Source: Chlorokybus atmophyticus (lineage: Eukaryota > Plantae > Mesostigma and Chlorokybus algae). From it: a DNA stretch of 64,000 nt. Below the pieces are notes generated by a model that was given only the letters and a program-made list of their open reading frames with translations, was not told where the DNA came from and ran no database searches. The position numbers were made by a program, and so were the translations under genes. Position 1 is the first letter of the stretch. Each line of letters opens with the position of its first letter. Shown here piece by piece: positions 59,132 to 64,000 of the stretch. The DNA lies in contig RHPI01000385.1 of the NCBI GenBank assembly GCA_009103225.1, forward strand, positions 643,479 to 707,478. Reading direction: 5' to 3'.

Positions 59132-60266
59132 GATGTATGGTGTGCAGACAGTGTTTTACTTCATATGACAAACATCATTGCGTCATTGTGTTTGTCGCAG
59201 CTGTACTGGTAAACCATGTGCCATATGTTACTAATACATCATGCTCATCGAGAAGTGCTAAAATTATGTACTTTTAAGGGACTATAGATGCTTCCAGTAC
59301 CGTTCAAGAAAGTCCAAGCTTGCAATGATGCTATACTAACCCAACTATTGGACTCATTGATTGTGTAGCACTTGAAGGCCCTTGGGTGGCACTCATGTTT
59401 CGTGTGATATACAACGTTGCACAGCATGGTGCTTTACCATTGTGCGCGGCTACTGTCCATTGAAGCAGCACACCACTGTTGCATGCCTGCTTACAAGTCA
59501 TGCAGCTTTGGCCTCAAGGACGCCCCTGCCCTGAAAGTCTGATGACACATTCACGCGGGGTCAAACACTCAGCCGCCACCTTCCTCTATCTATCACAATG
59601 CAAGCGGGTTATGCGTACAGCCATTGGAATGGACGCCTGCATGTCTGAGATTTGCCACCCAAGTTCTAGAATGTTGCTTATGTACAGTTCAAGAACCTTC
59701 AGGCCAGCCTGTAGCTTCATGTGGAATACTGACCCAGGCATTTTCAGCATGCGCAAAACCGCGAGCAATGTGCAAACCATGTCCAAGCGACAAACGTCCA
59801 CAACAATGCCACTGATCATGACGAGCACTTGCCGCAGAGACGTATGGCCAGTGCTTGCATCATGCGCAATGCCTGAGACAGTAACTGAGGTCCTGTGGCT
59901 GCACAACCAACCAACCAACCAACCAGGAGACAGCAATACCGCACAGTTCTGCTGTAGCCTGGAGTTGGCTGCACCTTTATTGCAAAAGCAATCATCCAAT
60001 GTCCAGGTAACATCTGCAGCAACCACAGTGTGCGCGGGCCGCAGAGAGGGGAGGAGATACTCGCAGGCAGGTATGTGGCATCTCATCAAGTGTCGTAGTC
60101 GATGAATGCAGCGCAAGCGCTTCACTACATGCTGCGCCAACGGCATGCCAAGCAGCCTTCACTACATGTGCGCCCACCTGACCGTGTCCTCCAAGTAGCC
60201 CGTTGACAGCGGTGGCATTGGCAACAATAAACTCCATGTAGTTCAATCAGTTTCAGCGCGCCTTTG

Positions 60267-60957
60267 TCATGACAGAGGCAGTCCGTTCTTGACCATGGAG
60301 GCAATGAGGGCGGCAAGCTTGCCGTGGTATGGCTTCCCACGCGGCTTCTGGTAGTGAACGGACGCCACGTTGGCCGCTCTGGCCCGCTCCGCAACAGTCT
60401 GCCCGACCAGCTGCGCTGCGGAAGTGTCTGATTTGGAGCCTTCTGTCTTACGCACTGATTGCTCAAGTGTCGAGGCGGAGGCGACTATGTGCCCATCTCC
60501 TCTTCTCACCACCTGTTGGCATTGATTGAGGAAACACGCAAGCTCTAAAATGACAGAGACACAGTTGACTGTTGAACTGCGAGAATATGCAACAGGGTGT
60601 GGCTGACCTGCCTGAACAACTGTGTACACACATTGCACACATTAGCAGAATGCAACTGTTTTAACATGTGATGCTAGCAAAATTTGACGTGTACTTGACC
60701 TTTGAATTCTTCACAAAATTCAAACACACACATTGTCAAAGCAAAAAGCCATAAACCCAGCAGAGGAAGCCGTGCAGACTGCGGAGTGGACACTATGTCA
60801 TGACGTGTCATGGCGGAGGCAAGCCTCATAACGCGTATCTCATTGTCTGCAAGTGGTACACAACACGGATAACGCCTTCTCTCTCCCGTACTTGCGCATA
60901 GACGTAACGGTTGCTGAAGAACAGCTTCAGCTGGAATGGGTTCAGCCTCCCTGACAT
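60267..60957 (-). CDS. Organellar ribosomal protein uL18 (L18p)-family protein; exons 60957-60892 and 60512-60267
   Basis: MSGRLNPFQLKLFFSNRYVYAQ/VVRRGDGHIVASASTLE...DTSAAQLVGQTVAERARAANVASV...YHGKLAAL; phase-0 GT-AG intron. Confidence 0.88.
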
Positions 60958-61179
60958 GGTGGCGGGACGACCTCCAGGAGCTTACTAGCAGCAGAGCGGG
61001 TCACCTACCCTACACAGACTAACCTTCCAGCCTCCATCGCGCGTCCTGAGCATCCCTCGCACCTCGCCACCGCAACTACCTGTACCACCACACACTCCAC
61101 CACTGCCGCCGCCGCCGCTGCGGACGCTGCCGTCGACAAACTGTGCACCGACAACAAGGACACGAAAATACTGCCATCG

Positions 61180-63210
61180 ATGTCGATGGTCGGCGCGGGC
61201 GCCAAATGTGGGCACTCTCGGACATATGCATGCACTAAAGCTTACGCTAGGAGAAAGCTGCTGCATGCTCTCTGCGCTGTGCTGTGCTCTGCTTTGTGCT
61301 TGAGGCGCTTGCTTGTGATCGTGGGTGACGGCTTGTACTCGCGCTCAAACAGCTGCTGGCCTGGTGTTGTGTGGGCGTGCCTTCGCTCCGTCGCGCTCTA
61401 CCAGCCTGCTCGTCATCCATCATCCATCATTCCAGCTGAAGCTGCTCTGGCTACAAAACAGCTGCTGCTTGACAAAGGGTGGCATTATGGGCGCCTGCCG
61501 TGAGCTTCAGGGCACTGGACTATTGTCTTGCCAGTACGCAGGGCAGGTTTTTGCTCAGGCAATGTGTCATGCATGCGTTGTTTCCGTGCTGCGTTTGCAG
61601 CTGCTGACTTATGTAGTGGCTGCGTTGTGCTCTCGCCATTCGGCTGATGGTCACTCCTTGTTGCGGCATTGTGGTGACAGGTTGCATGCAATATAGTTTG
61701 CTGAAAGGCAGTGAGGTCGTCCGGTCTTGCCTGCATGACGGGTGCCGGTTTCTGGCACAACTAGCTGCGCACTACAGCACAACTGGCGCTGTGGTGCATG
61801 CATGCAATGGCATCAGCATGTCGTCGCTGCTTGGTCAGTGCCTGCCCTCGTTACTGGACCGCCGGACTGTGTTGTGCCGTTGAGAAACAGCTGTCAGCTT
61901 GCAGTACTGTGCTTTCCTAGTTGCAACTGGTCAGTTTAATGGCACCAACTGCTTGCCGTGACAGGGTTAAGAGGAAGAACCAATAGCTCGGCTGCCTAGC
62001 ATACTCTGCATGATCAGTGCAATTGTGAAAACCGTAGAGACACTGGTAAGTCTTGTAGCGTATGTTGCATGTTGGGAACGCACCTGTCCTACCGTTCTTC
62101 TGAGACTTTGCTGTGCAGCTGAAGGCACATTTTATTCTGCTCGTGTACGGGTCCATGTGCGCGAAGCTGAGCCAGAGAAAGCGTAAGGTTGGCGACACTG
62201 AAGGTGAGCAAATGTCACTGAGGCTACGGTGCTGTAGTCCTGTCAGTGCCAACATGCCTACAGCTACCTATGAAGTTGATACAACCAACGTGACTGCAAC
62301 ACAGGTTCAGGTGGGCTTCGCACTGACGAAACAGATTCAGAAGATCAACGCGCACAGGGCAGTTGTTCTACACCAACCATGCGAAACCAAAGGTGCTGTT
62401 CTGTGTTAGCTCTGTTGCAAGGGTGTCATACCGATCAGACGTTGACCGTTTGTGAAAGGGTTGCGCTGTTGGGGACTGCCAGCTGCTTTGGTGCATGCAC
62501 AAAGTAACGGACGTCATACGAGTCGTAATAGTACTCACACATGCTTGCGGCTGCGTTGCATGCTTGCACTGCGGACGCATGCACTTTGGTTTGCAGTAAC
62601 CAAACAGTGTCTGCACATGACAGGGATGCCAGAGATCAAGCTGGCGCCACTGGACAGATGGCTTGCAGGATAGAGAAGCCTTCTGAGGTTTGAGACGAAC
62701 ATGCTGCACTGAAAATGCAAGATAGGGATGCAGACCTGATATTGTGTGACACTTGTGGCAGACGTGCCCTTACTACACCGTGCACGTCCCTGCTTTGGGA
62801 TACGGTAGCGAACAAATAAGCATCATCGCTTACGGCAACGGTCGCATCTCGGTTAAAGCGGAAGGTGATGCCCACAGTTCTTTGCAGCCAGGCTTCACAT
62901 TGAATGCAGAGTTGCCTGGACCAATTGATGTTACAAGCGGCCTAGCAGGTATGTATGCAGTGGCTGCCTTAGTCTATGCAAAACTCCTATCTGGTGTTGT
63001 TACTTGCTGCAAAGGCAAGCACACTTCCGCTTCCACCTTGTACAACCCAGCGCTTCTTACACAGAGCTCTGGCGAGGTTACCTAGTCGTCAAGTTCATGC
63101 CAAGGGAATCAAAGAGCGAGTTGCCCAAGTTCAAAGACAGCTGGTGGCATTCCCACTTTCTGGTCAGAGCGGTGAGCAGCTGTCCAAGAATATTCGTGCT
63201 AAGAGCTTGA
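61180..63210 (+). CDS. Alpha-crystallin/HSP20-like domain protein; 5' exons poorly resolved
   Basis: Exon ~62760-62948 (YTVHVPALGYGSEQISIIAYGNGRISVKAEG...FTLNAELPGPIDVTSGLA) splices in frame to ~63065-63210 (ELWRGYLVVKFMPRE). Upstream GT-AG exon candidates at ~62120-62180 and ~62240-62310. Start is a guess. Confidence 0.55.
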
Positions 63211-64000
63211 AACAATGATCTGACTGGTTATACCATTGCGTCTGTCAACACAGGAGATTATACCTACTGTTAAGCAGAAAAGCACGAGCAACAGTTGATC
63301 GTTTGCACCACGTTTGCTGTTGGTGCGATTCACAGCACGTATCACGGCGCAGAGGGCGTGACTCGGTTATCCAATTTGACATTTCGTGTGCAAGTCAACT
63401 GCGCTCCTGGTGGCTGTAAGCAGACAATAAAGCAATAGCCGTAAGTAGATAACACGACTTCCAGCTTTGACGATCTTAGCAGCAAAGCGTTTGGTGGCTG
63501 TGAATACCTCTGCCAGCGGATGATGACTCCTCACGCGGTCGGGCGACATCCTGCAAGCACTGTTCTGCCTATGGAGTTTTGAGAGACAGCGTGGCTGCAT
63601 GGTCGCGCACTGGACACTTTGGGTCTTAATATATGCACTCAACGAGAACAACTGGCTGGTTGGGGTCACCACGCAATCCAGTGACCATGTGCCATCGTTG
63701 CATAGATTTTTTGGGTAAACAATCAGCGAGCCAAAGCGACAGATTGAGCAAGTCGTATGAAAGAAAATGCTTCCAAGCTAGTTACCCGGTTGACAGTAAA
63801 CCTCAAAACCTGGGTCTTGGCCAATGCAACTATGCCAGACGACGTGCGTGGTGCTCAGTACCTGCTTGTGGAGTTGGAACTGATGCAATTGCAAGCTTGA
63901 GATCATGCATCTGTACGACAGGTTGCAGTGTACACTGTGTTGCATGCAGCAGGTGCGGAGTGTACGTCAGTGCCGCCATAGAGCGAGTCATAGAGTGGCT

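Noticed and set aside
62636-62875. Minus-strand 79-aa ORF that looks protein-like
   Set aside because: Antisense to the ACD exon, whose plus frame splices in phase to the next exon.
1-64000. tRNA, rRNA or snRNA genes
   Set aside because: None recognised by eye; the tRNA-complementary stretches are retroelement PBSs. A tRNAscan/Infernal run would be needed to exclude them.

Overview
Eukaryotic, intron-rich nuclear DNA from a photosynthetic organism, with two N-gaps. My inference is a green alga, most plausibly an early-diverging streptophyte alga; this cannot be proven from the window. Bases 1-22 kb are a nested retrotransposon cluster: two Ty1/copia families (one a gag-only non-autonomous derivative with a W-box-rich LTR), a Ty3/gypsy gag-protease piece, and a tyrosine-recombinase (DIRS-order) retrotransposon (RT-RNaseH-methyltransferase-like-YR, split direct repeats) plus three fragments of its 3' end. 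Bases 23.9-63.2 kb hold eight spliced host genes: a secreted heparinase II/III-family polysaccharide lyase of bacterial type, a 15-exon ~1280-aa PTAC16/TIC62-family plastid Rossmann protein, a CONSTANS-like B-box/CCT gene, eIF3f, DPM2, NOP2, an organellar uL18-family gene and an alpha-crystallin-domain gene. The most striking item is the plastid protein: it has PTAC16 hallmarks plus two TIC62/TROL-type FNR-binding motifs (PLSPY.RYPGLKPPTSP) in one open reading frame whose splice phases I checked by hand. The second is the intron-containing, bacterial-type lyase. Family assignments come from motif recognition by eye, not from database searches.
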